A model generated the notes under the pieces. It did no database searches, was not told the DNA's origin, and saw only the letters and a program-made list of their open reading frames with translations. A program made the translations under genes and the position numbers. From the IMG/VR virus record IMGVR_UViG_3300030019_000001: a stretch of DNA of 42,841 bases; one strand, 5' to 3'. Every line of letters starts with the position of its first letter. Position 1 is the stretch's first letter. Source of the DNA: a virus (taxonomy: Duplodnaviria > Heunggongvirae > Uroviricota > Caudoviricetes). Shown here in pieces: positions 8,000 to 17,863 of the stretch.

Positions 8000-8887
8000 T
8001 TATTTTTTATTCATATGAAAACAAATCTCGTTTAACCAACCACTTTTATATGATTTAGAATACGCACTAATAGATTTCATATAAAATTCAGATCTAGTCT
8101 TATATTTTAATGCTTCTATTTGACATAATTCTTTTGTCCAATAACCATTTGGTTTTACTAATGGTGTCATATGCAAACATATTTCTTTTAACCATTTATT
8201 TTTTAATGAAATTGTATATGCTGATGCTGATTGTTTTTTAAATTCAACTTTTGTATTAAATTTATTTGCTTCTATTTGACATAATTCTTTTGTCCAATAT
8301 TTTTTACCACCTGTTCCTCCTGTTTTACACTTATTTAAAATTTTCCAATCATTATTTTTATATTTATTAACATAATCCTCTTCTAATATTTTTGATAAAT
8401 AAACATCAATATATTCACTTAATTTTTTAAATTTATAATTATTATTTTTTTGTATATGTTCATAAACTGAGCCTTTTCTTAAATGTTCATTAAATCGTCT
8501 ATCTAAATCACAAGTCAATCCAATATATGCATAGTTATCAGAAAATTCATAAACATAAATACATCTTTTATATAAATCACCCATACACTTCATATGTGAG
8601 CATATTTCATCTATCCATCCATATATTAATGATTTACCATAAATATAACTTGAATTTTTCCTAAATTCATTTCTACTATTAAACTTCAAAGATTCTTTTT
8701 GACAAAAATCTTTTGTCCAGATATATGATTTATTTTTTCTCATATGAGCACAAACATCAAATATCCAATTATTTCTAATTGAGATTCCATATACTTGTTT
8801 ACATTTTATCCTAAATTCTTTTTTAGTTTTATATTTTAATGCTTCTTCAGTGCATTTTTCAATAGTCCATATTTTTTTATCTATCAT
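8000..8887 (-). CDS. GIY-YIG family endonuclease (homing-endonuclease-like) with two N-terminal and two C-terminal ~43-aa W.(K/E).C..E(A/S)LK(Y/F)..R.EF.......Y.....W..EIC.HM repeats
   Basis: Core CIYVYEFSDNYAYIGLTCDLDRRFNEHL (GIY...YIG...R...E). Repeats WTIEKCTEEALKYKTKKEF..., WTKDFCQKESLKFNSRNEF..., WTKELCQIEANKFNTKVEF..., WTKELCQIEALKYKTRSEF... Confidence 0.8.
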   Translation of the reverse strand: MIDKKIWTIEKCTEEALKYKTKKEFRIKCKQVYGISIRNNWIFDVCAHMRKNKSYIWTKDFCQKESLKFNSRNEFRKNSSYIYGKSLIYGWIDEICSHMKCMGDLYKRCIYVYEFSDNYAYIGLTCDLDRRFNEHLRKGSVYEHIQKNNNYKFKKLSEYIDVYLSKILEEDYVNKYKNNDWKILNKCKTGGTGGKKYWTKELCQIEANKFNTKVEFKKQSASAYTISLKNKWLKEICLHMTPLVKPNGYWTKELCQIEALKYKTRSEFYMKSISAYSKSYKSGWLNEICFHMNKK

Positions 8888-8983
8888 ATAAGTTATTTTT
8901 AAGTATATATTAAAAACTAATTATCATAAACTAAATAAAATAAAAATAATTAATTTTATATATAATAAAAATAATTAATTTTA

Positions 8984-9532
8984 ATGAAACACATCAAATC
9001 TATACATGAACATGGAATTAGAGATGAATACACAAAAATTGGTATTAAAAAATATTATACTGATAATAAAGAAACATATATTAATCCGCATGAAGATAAT
9101 ATCAAATTAGTATTGAATTGGTGTTTAAAAAAAATTAATATAACAAACTTTATTGATTTGTCATGTGGCAATGGAGAAATAACCAAATATTTATCTAAAA
9201 ATGGAATAATTGATGCAATTGGCACAGATCCATATTTTAATAATATTTATACAAAAAAAACAGGAAATGAATGTTTAAAACTTTCATTCGAGGATATAGC
9301 AATACATGGATTAAATTTACACAAACAAACAATTATCTGTTCGTATGCACTTCATCTATGCACCAACTCATATTTTAATCAGTTGATGTATAATTTATCA
9401 TTAAACTGTAAATATTTCATTTTAATATCACCAAGTAAATACCCAATCATCACAGAAGATTATTTTGAATTTATTGATGGAATAATTATCAATAGAACAC
9501 ATTGTAAAATATATAAAAGTAAAAATAATTAA
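8984..9532 (+). CDS. Putative class-I SAM-dependent methyltransferase-like protein
   Basis: Motif I-like IDLSCGNGEITKYL, then IIDAIGTDP and IICSYALH. N-terminus MKHIKSIHE. Identification rests on the motifs only. Confidence 0.4.
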   Translation: MKHIKSIHEHGIRDEYTKIGIKKYYTDNKETYINPHEDNIKLVLNWCLKKINITNFIDLSCGNGEITKYLSKNGIIDAIGTDPYFNNIYTKKTGNECLKLSFEDIAIHGLNLHKQTIICSYALHLCTNSYFNQLMYNLSLNCKYFILISPSKYPIITEDYFEFIDGIIINRTHCKIYKSKNN

Positions 9533-9601
9533 ACAATAACATTTTTTCTAAACAATTATAATAAAAATTCATATAATATTATAAAATAAAAATATAATAT
9601 A

Positions 9602-10594
9602 ATGGACTATAATAAGGATTATTATAAAGATCTAGGATTAAATAAAGATTCATCTGATGAAGAAATCAAAAAGAAATATCGAAAATTAGCATTAAAACAC
9701 CATCCAGATAAAAATCAAGGTGACAAAAATAGTGAGGAAAAATTCAAAATCATATCAGAAGCATATGAAGTATTATCTGACGATACAAAAAAGCAAGAAT
9801 ATGACACAAGAAGTCCTAATGGTAAATCATATTCATCATTCAATTCAAGTTTTTTTGGTGGTGGGCAAGACATATTCTCTCATTTCTTTGGTGAAAATAG
9901 TCCATTTGGTAATTTTTTTAGATCAGAAGAATTCACTGAGCAATTAGATATCAGTATAAATGTCAATATAGATTTTAAGCAAATATACAAAAATGATAAA
10001 ATTACAATAAAATATAAGAAATTTATAAATTGTGATGAATGCGATGGCACAGGATTTGATAAATCTGGAGAATCATATGATTGTGTTGTATGTGATGGTA
10101 CAGGAATAAATAACAACAGAGATTGTGAATATTGTCAAGGAACTGGAAAAATACACAGCGGAAAATGTAAAAAATGTAATGGAGAAAAAGTAATCATAAA
10201 AGAAACAGAACTACTTTTACAAAATATTTCAGAAATTAGGGGATCAAACAGAAATGTTCAATATGGTTATGGTAGTCAATCAAAATACTACAAAGATAAA
10301 GTAGGTAGCCTAATTTTAAATATAAACAGTATAAATAACAGTAAATGTAACATTATAAATAATTATGATTTGATATCAACATTAGACATACACTTTCAAG
10401 ATGCTATTGATGGAAACAAAATAAATTATACACACGTTGATGATTCAAAATTAGAAATAAAATTACCAAATAAAACTAAAAATAACGACACAATAAAAAT
10501 AAAAGAAAAAGGTTTATTGAAGCAGGATGGTAAACGTGCAGATTTATATTTAAAAATAAATATAATCATAGACTATGATAAATTAAATATATAA
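9602..10594 (+). CDS. dnaJ: DnaJ/Hsp40 type-I co-chaperone (J domain, G/F region, four CxxCxGxG zinc-finger repeats, C-terminal domain)
   Basis: [33 protein letters not shown] (HPD), a FGG/FF-rich linker, then [32 protein letters not shown]. Confidence 0.85.
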   Translation: MDYNKDYYKDLGLNKDSSDEEIKKKYRKLALKHHPDKNQGDKNSEEKFKIISEAYEVLSDDTKKQEYDTRSPNGKSYSSFNSSFFGGGQDIFSHFFGENSPFGNFFRSEEFTEQLDISINVNIDFKQIYKNDKITIKYKKFINCDECDGTGFDKSGESYDCVVCDGTGINNNRDCEYCQGTGKIHSGKCKKCNGEKVIIKETELLLQNISEIRGSNRNVQYGYGSQSKYYKDKVGSLILNINSINNSKCNIINNYDLISTLDIHFQDAIDGNKINYTHVDDSKLEIKLPNKTKNNDTIKIKEKGLLKQDGKRADLYLKINIIIDYDKLNI

Positions 10595-10613
10595 ATAAAA
10601 ACAATTACATAAT

Positions 10614-10898
10614 ATGAAAAGAAATGATTTTGAAGTAGCAGCGGGCTTATTATATAGAATTAATAATACAGAAAAAACAATTTTTGAATTACAGGCAATC
10701 AACAAATGCAATGAATTTAAAATAATAGGAATAAATTCAATCAATGGTTTCAGAGTTGGAGATGTTGAACTAAACACAGGTGATATATCAACTGAAGTTT
10801 TCTCTCAAGATATTCTTGAATATTTCATAAATACTTTAAATTTGGAACTAAACGAATTAAGAGAAAATTTTGATAAGTTATTTTCAAACGAAGAATAA
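10614..10898 (+). CDS. Hypothetical protein (94 aa)
   Basis: ORF with an ATG; it ends immediately before the large inverted repeat. Confidence 0.45.
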   Translation: MKRNDFEVAAGLLYRINNTEKTIFELQAINKCNEFKIIGINSINGFRVGDVELNTGDISTEVFSQDILEYFINTLNLELNELRENFDKLFSNEE

Positions 10899-10903
10899 TA
10901 TTT

Positions 10904-10956
10904 AATATAAGCCATATGACTTATATTAACACAATATAAGTCATATGGCTTATATT
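10904..10956. terminator. Perfect inverted repeat with 24-nt arms AATATAAGCCATATGACTTATATT / AATATAAGTCATATGGCTTATATT around an AACAC loop, exactly between the convergent stops at about 10898 and about 10960
   Basis: Read directly; each arm is itself a near-palindrome centred on CATATG, and AACAC...GTGTT flank the second arm. It is likely a bidirectional 3'-end or terminator hairpin. Confidence 0.65.
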
Positions 10957-10959
10957 GTG

Positions 10960-11448
10960 TTAATTTTCTTTTTCATTATCAAATATTTCTTGTAATTTAA
11001 GTTTACGTACAATTCTTTTAGAATCAGATAATATTTCATCTTTTGATTTATAACAAATAATATTATTCAAATCAACATATAATCTATCACAGCATATTGA
11101 ATGTCTACGATATGAACGATTATCATAAGGTATATAATCATCATAATACATTGGTTTACATATTATATAATTAAGATCAAATTTAAGTAAATATCGATAT
11201 TTAGGTTTGATTTTTGTTATTATTTCAGAATAAATATCATTCCAATCTTCACCTATTTTAGAATTTATAAATTCTTCTAAAGGTTTAAAATTATAATTGT
11301 GATATCTATTGTAATATATGCAATTTATTGATTGATGAGTAGGCAAATCTGAAAACAAATCAATATTATTATTACGTCTTGTTTTTGTGTATTGTTTATC
11401 TATACTTGTATTTCTACATTTTCTATATAAAAATTTATCTTTAAGCAT
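10960..11448 (-). CDS. Hypothetical protein (162 aa, Cys/Tyr-rich)
   Basis: ORF with an ATG. Confidence 0.45.
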   Translation of the reverse strand: MLKDKFLYRKCRNTSIDKQYTKTRRNNNIDLFSDLPTHQSINCIYYNRYHNYNFKPLEEFINSKIGEDWNDIYSEIITKIKPKYRYLLKFDLNYIICKPMYYDDYIPYDNRSYRRHSICCDRLYVDLNNIICYKSKDEILSDSKRIVRKLKLQEIFDNEKEN

Positions 11449-11462
11449 AAATAGTCAAATTT

Positions 11463-11909
11463 TTATGACGCCTTAATAATATCTCTATATTTTGCGGCGT
11501 TTTCATAATCTTCTACTTTCACGCAATTCAACATTTTTTCATTGAGAATACCTTGTTGTATACCACGTATTTCAGGAACATCATATTTATAGTTTTCAAT
11601 AAAATCTTGAAATATATTAAAATATTTTTCAGTTTCACGAATAACATCATCCTTATTTAGATTAGCTACGTTAAACATATCTATCATATCAGCGTGTTCA
11701 CTGACTTTTTTCATTTTATTATATACATCATAAGCATCAATCATTAGTTCATCAATATGAAGATATTCAACATCAACAAAATCATTAGTAACATAATCAG
11801 ATTTTTCAAGCAACTGCTGATGATTAAATTTCCTATGTTCAAACAATAAAAATGTTTGTACCCAAAAAATAAGAGTTCTAACGTCATTCACATTAATCTT
11901 TGTTTTCAT
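11463..11909 (-). CDS. Hypothetical protein with a C-terminal UVR-like motif (VEDYENAAKYRDIIKAS)
   Basis: The C-terminus matches the UVR-domain consensus (E.YE.AA..RD.I) seen in UvrB/UvrC and the ClpC middle domain. Confidence 0.45.
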   Translation of the reverse strand: MKTKINVNDVRTLIFWVQTFLLFEHRKFNHQQLLEKSDYVTNDFVDVEYLHIDELMIDAYDVYNKMKKVSEHADMIDMFNVANLNKDDVIRETEKYFNIFQDFIENYKYDVPEIRGIQQGILNEKMLNCVKVEDYENAAKYRDIIKAS

Positions 11910-11924
11910 AATTTTTAAAAATTT

Positions 11925-12338
11925 TTAAATTGTTATTATTTTTTCAAATGTTTTTGATATTTCTTTTTCAATAATTTCATCAATTATAATTAATTCTTTA
12001 AAAGACAAATTATTAAGAATATTATTCAAATTATATGAATTTAATGAAGTTATTTTATCTGTTAGTTCATTAACGAATGGAATCTTTTTCAATCTTTTAA
12101 GTTTATCAACTCTTTCTTTTTTTATATCTGGGTCTGGAATTAATTTACCAGCTTTATATAAATCTATCAATTCTTTACTTTCTCTTAATCCTAATTTAGA
12201 ATAATCTCTCATCATTTTAACAGACAGAATATAATTAGTATTTAATAAACAATACTCAAATTCAGATTTATGTTCAAATAAAATTTTTGAACCTAATATC
12301 AAAGACTCATCACTCAGAAAAGCATTACAATTAATCAT
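11925..12338 (-). CDS. Hypothetical protein (137 aa) containing a KLGLRESKELIDL segment
   Basis: ORF; the motif resembles the L7/L12-CTD and ClpS-fold signature GLGLKEAKDLV. Weak evidence. Confidence 0.4.
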   Translation of the reverse strand: MINCNAFLSDESLILGSKILFEHKSEFEYCLLNTNYILSVKMMRDYSKLGLRESKELIDLYKAGKLIPDPDIKKERVDKLKRLKKIPFVNELTDKITSLNSYNLNNILNNLSFKELIIIDEIIEKEISKTFEKIITI

Positions 12339-12410
12339 ATATTATATTTTAATAATTGTATATATCTATTTACTTCACAAAGATAATACATTATTTTCAA
12401 ATATCAAAAA

Positions 12411-12722
12411 TTAATTGAATATTTTTTTCAATTTCTTTTTTCTTAGCATTTTTATACCGCCAATAACTTCTACATTATTAAACTTAAATTCTTCATTCTC
12501 ATTTTTTTTAGAAATATATAATGTACTATACATAACCAGCAAAAAATATTTCTCTTTAAAAAGTGGATGATCTTTTTTTATCTTATTTTTCATTTGAAAA
12601 ATTTTCAATTGAAATAAATAAGTAATAAAAGCTTCACTTTTCAACGATAATTCTATAGGACTTTTATTTTTTATATGAAAATCAACATCCTTAATGAAAT
12701 CATATAATTGATAGTTAGACAT
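12411..12722 (-). CDS. Hypothetical protein (103 aa)
   Basis: ORF with an ATG. Confidence 0.4.
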   Translation of the reverse strand: MSNYQLYDFIKDVDFHIKNKSPIELSLKSEAFITYLFQLKIFQMKNKIKKDHPLFKEKYFLLVMYSTLYISKKNENEEFKFNNVEVIGGIKMLRKKKLKKIFN

Positions 12723-12729
12723 AAATTTT

Positions 12730-13923
12730 TTATTCTGAATAAATATTAGGATAAGATGTCAAATAATACAAATTTGATTTTTGCTTAATTAATATATCAT
12801 CTGAAGGTTGATAACCTAATTCACCATTATTAAATACCACATTATTAAATATACCACAAAAAAATAATCCATTATTTATTATTCCACCTGTCCAAAAACC
12901 GTTCCACCAAGCACCATTATTAAATACTCCGTCTGTCCATATACCCTCAAGCCAGGCTCCATTATTAAAATCACCGTTTAAATGAGTACCACCATACCAA
13001 GTACCATTATTCCAAGTGCCACCAGACCATATCGTTCTATTATGATTATCTGATATTGACGTTAATCCTGATTGAACATTCAATCCTGAATGAAATTCAC
13101 CGTTATAAAATGTTCCATCATGCCAAATAACAGATGGAAAATCCAATTCTGTTGTTCCTGACACAGGCCAAGATCCAAATCTACTTAGTATATTTGGATC
13201 TGTTTGATTAAATTCTCCTTTCCACCAATGGCAAGAAGATGATGATGAAGTACCCAATGATTGAACAACATTTGGATTACCAATAAAATCACCACCATTA
13301 AATTTACCTCCCCACCACTCACAACCTTGAAATGTACCATTTAAAAATGTACCATTAAGCCATTCACTATTATAAAAAATTCCATTTTTAAATATACTAT
13401 CTGTATCATAATAGCTCAGCCAAACAGAATTACGAAAAACTCCATTATGAAAAACTCCTGATTCCCACCTTGTGTCATAATAAATAATTTCACTGTTTAA
13501 CATTTGAAACCAATCTTCCTTTAGAATATCAGAACCAAAATAACCATTAAAAAATTCTCCTCTTCTCCAAATACCTCTTCTAAATTGTGAATATATTGGA
13601 TTATTTTTCTCTATAATTCTAATATTTCTTTGTAATAATTGATTTGTATCAAAACGATATGAATAAAATTTACCATTCTTCCACTCACCATCTTCCCATA
13701 TACCAGAATACCATGTACCATCTTCCCATTCACCTGCTTTCCAAGTACCAGAATACCAAACCAATCCATAGTCATCTTGACCTATTATTGCATTTTCAAT
13801 AATTGCATTCAATAACCAAATATATTTTCTTTTAATAATATCTGGTGTTAAACCATCAATCATAACACAATTTAATAATGCATCAGAATAATTGGTTATA
13901 TTATAAATATTTGTTGTTGCCAT
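12730..13923 (-). CDS. Trp/Gly-rich repeat protein (MORN-like G.W..G.F.NG units repeated more than 15 times)
   Basis: WYSGTWKAGEWEDGTWYSGIWEDGEWKNGKFY ... GVFHNGVFRNSVW ... NGTFLNGTFQGCEWWGGKFNGGDF ... GGTWNNGTWYGGTHLNGDFNNGAWLEGIWTDGVFNNGAWWNGFWTGG. Confidence 0.6.
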   Translation of the reverse strand: MATTNIYNITNYSDALLNCVMIDGLTPDIIKRKYIWLLNAIIENAIIGQDDYGLVWYSGTWKAGEWEDGTWYSGIWEDGEWKNGKFYSYRFDTNQLLQRNIRIIEKNNPIYSQFRRGIWRRGEFFNGYFGSDILKEDWFQMLNSEIIYYDTRWESGVFHNGVFRNSVWLSYYDTDSIFKNGIFYNSEWLNGTFLNGTFQGCEWWGGKFNGGDFIGNPNVVQSLGTSSSSSCHWWKGEFNQTDPNILSRFGSWPVSGTTELDFPSVIWHDGTFYNGEFHSGLNVQSGLTSISDNHNRTIWSGGTWNNGTWYGGTHLNGDFNNGAWLEGIWTDGVFNNGAWWNGFWTGGIINNGLFFCGIFNNVVFNNGELGYQPSDDILIKQKSNLYYLTSYPNIYSE

Positions 13924-14011
13924 ATGAACCTATATATAAAAAAAGTTCATTTAAAATAAAACATATATTAAAATAATAACTAAATAATAAAAATTAAATT
14001 AGAATATAAAC

Positions 14012-14362
14012 ATGAAAAAAACATTATTTATTGATATTGATGGTACATTATTTAAGCACAAAGGAAATTTATCAAATATACTTTTTGAAGAATCAGAGAT
14101 ATTACCAGGAGTAATAGACAAATTAAATAAATGGAACGCAGATGGACATAAAATAATATTAACAACAGGTAGAACAGAATCAATGAGAAAAAGAACTGAA
14201 GAACAATTACAAAAAAATGGAATTTTCTATGATCAATTAATAATGGGACTAACAAGAGGAGAAAGAGTAATAATCAACGACTTAAAACCAAATAATAATA
14301 TGAACACAGCAACTGCAATTGAAATACCTAGAAATGTTGGATTAATAAATGTTAATATTTGA
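14012..14362 (+). CDS. HAD-superfamily phosphatase-like protein, short (116 aa)
   Basis: DxDGT motif I (LFIDIDGTLF) and motif II-like ILTTGR. The protein is shorter than typical HAD enzymes and may be truncated. Confidence 0.5.
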   Translation: MKKTLFIDIDGTLFKHKGNLSNILFEESEILPGVIDKLNKWNADGHKIILTTGRTESMRKRTEEQLQKNGIFYDQLIMGLTRGERVIINDLKPNNNMNTATAIEIPRNVGLINVNI

Positions 14363-14433
14363 TTAATATTTTATTTATATCATTGTAATTAAAATAATTT
14401 ATATTATATTTGCAACAAAAAAATTAATAAATC

Positions 14434-14718
14434 ATGAAAATTTTTAGTATATTCAAGAAGAAAACAGAAGAATCCAAACCAACGACAAAGAAAAAATTCA
14501 TACTTGATGATACATCAAATGTTAAAAAATTCAATTATTGGTTTTGTCATGAATATGAAGGATACGATGGCAGAAAAGGTGCTATAGGAATATTCAAAAG
14601 ACTTGATAAACTATCACCAAATATGATAGAAGATTGGTTTAATCATTTGAATGTAGATTATGAATTCACAGATATATCCAGAATGATAGATTTAATTAGA
14701 TTGAATTGGAGAAATTAA
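14434..14718 (+). CDS. Hypothetical protein (94 aa)
   Basis: ORF with an ATG; followed by a hairpin. Confidence 0.4.
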   Translation: MKIFSIFKKKTEESKPTTKKKFILDDTSNVKKFNYWFCHEYEGYDGRKGAIGIFKRLDKLSPNMIEDWFNHLNVDYEFTDISRMIDLIRLNWRN

Positions 14719-14721
14719 AAT

Positions 14722-14749
14722 AAAACCAAAACAATTAAGTTTTGGTTTT
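14722..14749. terminator. Perfect 11-bp-stem hairpin AAAACCAAAAC-aattaa-GTTTTGGTTTT followed by a T-run, between the convergent stops (about 14718 and about 14756)
   Basis: Read directly. Confidence 0.6.
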
Positions 14750-14755
14750 TTATTC

Positions 14756-15337
14756 TTATACACGAAACCACACACCTTCACTATAATCTACAATATCAAG
14801 TTTATCATATTGATTCAAAACCACAGTTGAATTAGAACCATTCAAAATATCAGAATTATACAAATTTACATTAACCACTGAGCCAACACAAACGATTTTA
14901 ATATTTCTATTAGTTCCAGTTGCTGATGGTAAATAATAATTTAGTGTACTTGAACCAGAAAAAAAGATAATATTACTATCTGTTGTTGTTCCTGTATAAT
15001 CAGTATAAATAGTTTGAAATCCAATTTGAATATTTTTAGTATACAATGTATCATTTGAAGAATCAAAATATAATGTATCATCTGTCAAAAAATCATTTGT
15101 CAAACCAGAATCTTCAATGAAATATAATTGTTTTATTGTATTTTCTCCAACTCTCATCCACACATTTTCATCCACTTCATTAAGAAAAAATTCACCAATA
15201 TAAATATCTGTTGTTCTCCATGCTGGTAATAATGTATGATCATCATGTGATGATCCTAATGCTGGAATTGTAGGAACATCTCCTGGAACAGTATTTCTTT
15301 TTATTATAACTCTACTATATTTTTCAACTTTAGACAT
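14756..15337 (-). CDS. Hypothetical protein (about 193 aa from the ATG; the track ORF extends to a TTG at 15343), Thr/Asn/Ser-rich
   Basis: ORF; the likely ATG is at about 15337. Confidence 0.5.
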   Translation of the reverse strand: MSKVEKYSRVIIKRNTVPGDVPTIPALGSSHDDHTLLPAWRTTDIYIGEFFLNEVDENVWMRVGENTIKQLYFIEDSGLTNDFLTDDTLYFDSSNDTLYTKNIQIGFQTIYTDYTGTTTDSNIIFFSGSSTLNYYLPSATGTNRNIKIVCVGSVVNVNLYNSDILNGSNSTVVLNQYDKLDIVDYSEGVWFRV

Positions 15338-15386
15338 GAACAAATTATTATTTTTATTATATATTATTTTATTAGACTAAAAATAC

Positions 15387-17540
15387 TCACAGAGAAGAAT
15401 CTTTACCACCATCAATCAAAGTATAAAGTAATGGAGGGTTATTTGGTCCAGGTAAAATCACATCTACACCAGAATCATTAACATCACCTAAATAACTACC
15501 ATTCAATCCATTCAATGAATCATCAACACCGCCGTTTAGTAAATTCCAAAAATTTTCCGTTGTATTACCAGATAAAATTGTTAAAGGAACTGGCAATCTT
15601 GATTTTCTATCAGCTCCAATATAAACCAATTCAATTGTTGAAAAATACAAAAGAGGATCAGAATTTTTATCGATATTAGTTCCCAAATTAAATAATTTAA
15701 GAATAAATTCATTATTCTCATTTTCATATAATATTCCAGTTGCATAATTTCTAAAAAAATCATCTAGTACTAATATTTCTGCGTAAGATCTACATATATA
15801 CTTTCTAACATTATCATTTTTTTGAATATACCAATCATATGATTCATTAATATAAACTTGATATAGAATATCTGAGATATTTAACAAACCATCTATATTT
15901 TGAATATAAATTATATCAGTAGCAGGGAAAAAAGGAAAAGAAGAAGGTTTTTCAATTATCATTTCAGTATCATAAACACTATAAATTAAAGATTTTCCAG
16001 TAATTGTATTTCCTGAAACATTAACATATGTATATTCTTTAAAATTATTCAATAATCCTCCTTGAGTGTATATAATTCTAATTCTATCATTATCAGTATA
16101 TTGACATGTAAAACCAGTAAGTAAAAACTGATTGTACAATGAATAATCATATGTAAAACCACTAGGCTCAAGTCTATTTAAGTTATCAAACAATTTATAT
16201 CCAATATATTGATTATGAGTATTAAATGTATAACCTATCCAATTTTCATTATCATTTAATGATATTGTTAATCCATCATAATCGAAATATCTATCATAAT
16301 CGCACATTTTTGCAGTAAAAACTACATTCAAATAATTAATGTCATAACTACCTATTTTAATATCATAATAATCAGAATAAGGAGTATTTGATGATAATTT
16401 ATCAAGAGCGTCATCCCAGCTTATTCCTATATTAAGATTCTCAACAGAAAATGCTTTATTTTTTAAGTCATTTATAACTCTATTTGGAATTGTTTCTTCT
16501 AAAATTAAACATCCATATCTGATATCTTTAACAAAAGTATTTAATGTTAAAACATTCACAGAATTTGAATCTATAGTATAACCACTATAAATATTTAATT
16601 TAATATAATCTCCTATAATACAATCAAAATTTTGTGAATAAGGAACTGAAGTAAATCCTTTAACTACATTATTACTAATTTGACTGGTAATACCAGTAAA
16701 TTCAGAATTAATAGTTAAACCTGATCTAATAATATATGAATCATGATGATAATCTATTCTAACAATCTCAGAAGATAAGTACAAACTATTAACATCAAAT
16801 TCAATTTCAATATATTTTTCAGCATTTGTATTTAACTGTTTTCTTGCAATATCATAATCCGTAAAAAAAATTTTAGATGTGCTTGATGAATCTGAATATG
16901 AACGCTCTAGATCATATTTCACCAAATTTTTAAGAATAAAAGATTTTCCTTCAATAAAATATTTAGCTTCTCCTGTTATTGGAAAATTGTAACCAACATT
17001 CAGCAAAAAAAATTGTTTATCAGAATTATTACCTAGTTTTACACTACAGCTAAATTTATCAGATTTTTCTCTTGTGTTCAAAACATTATAATTTATTAAA
17101 AAATTCTTATTCGAAACTATGTAAATATCATTTTCAGACTCACTTCCAGATTTTTGGTCTTTCAACAAAATCAACTGGCCTGGTTTAATATTAACTCCAT
17201 TTATTTGTGTCCATTGTTTAGATATATCAATATGAGTATCTGCTGCAACATCAACAAATATTATATTTTTAAGAACTCTATCAATTACATCATATTCATT
17301 ATACATATTAACAATTGAATAACCATCTCCTGTTAATAAATTTTCTTTATTATAAATATCTTCTAAACTATTAATATATGTATATGTAACTCCAGTTAAA
17401 TATTTATTAAATCTAAAATAAATATCACCTACTGCAATAAATTTTTCTTCATCATATTTCACTGAACGAGTTTGTTGAACAAATGTTCCATCATCCTGTT
17501 TAATCCAATCAAATTTTCTAGATTTTCTATTTTTTTGCAT
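15387..17540 (-). CDS. Large hypothetical protein (717 aa), Asn/Tyr/Ser-rich, possibly structural
   Basis: Long ORF with an ATG; no recognisable catalytic motif. Confidence 0.55.
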   Translation of the reverse strand: MQKNRKSRKFDWIKQDDGTFVQQTRSVKYDEEKFIAVGDIYFRFNKYLTGVTYTYINSLEDIYNKENLLTGDGYSIVNMYNEYDVIDRVLKNIIFVDVAADTHIDISKQWTQINGVNIKPGQLILLKDQKSGSESENDIYIVSNKNFLINYNVLNTREKSDKFSCSVKLGNNSDKQFFLLNVGYNFPITGEAKYFIEGKSFILKNLVKYDLERSYSDSSSTSKIFFTDYDIARKQLNTNAEKYIEIEFDVNSLYLSSEIVRIDYHHDSYIIRSGLTINSEFTGITSQISNNVVKGFTSVPYSQNFDCIIGDYIKLNIYSGYTIDSNSVNVLTLNTFVKDIRYGCLILEETIPNRVINDLKNKAFSVENLNIGISWDDALDKLSSNTPYSDYYDIKIGSYDINYLNVVFTAKMCDYDRYFDYDGLTISLNDNENWIGYTFNTHNQYIGYKLFDNLNRLEPSGFTYDYSLYNQFLLTGFTCQYTDNDRIRIIYTQGGLLNNFKEYTYVNVSGNTITGKSLIYSVYDTEMIIEKPSSFPFFPATDIIYIQNIDGLLNISDILYQVYINESYDWYIQKNDNVRKYICRSYAEILVLDDFFRNYATGILYENENNEFILKLFNLGTNIDKNSDPLLYFSTIELVYIGADRKSRLPVPLTILSGNTTENFWNLLNGGVDDSLNGLNGSYLGDVNDSGVDVILPGPNNPPLLYTLIDGGKDSSL

Positions 17541-17614
17541 CTATAAACTTTATTTCTTTTGTTGTATATATTAAAAATAAATTATATATTTACAATCTAA
17601 TAAAAATACATCAT

Positions 17615-17863
17615 ATGAAAAATATTAACAAAGGAGATATTGTAACTCAAGATGCAACTTTTTACAAATTTTGGAAATGTCAAAAATTTAAAAGAGAAGT
17701 AATTAGTATTGAAGGAGATATAGCGCGCCTTAAAGATTCAATTACAATTATATTTTACGATGGAACAATATCAGATAAAAATTTCATCAATTTAGATTAT
17801 ATAAAAGTAGATGTATCAGAAACAAGAAAACAAAAATTATTAAAAATAAATGACAGAATTTGA
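17615..17863 (+). CDS. Small hypothetical protein (82 aa; MKNINKGDIVT...)
   Basis: ORF; GD(I/Y)V motif like family A. Confidence 0.4.
   Translation: MKNINKGDIVTQDATFYKFWKCQKFKREVISIEGDIARLKDSITIIFYDGTISDKNFINLDYIKVDVSETRKQKLLKINDRI

Noticed and set aside
11925-12338. Ribosomal protein L7/L12
   Set aside because: Only a 13-residue motif resembles the L7/L12 CTD. The rest of the protein does not, and there is no ribosomal gene context.
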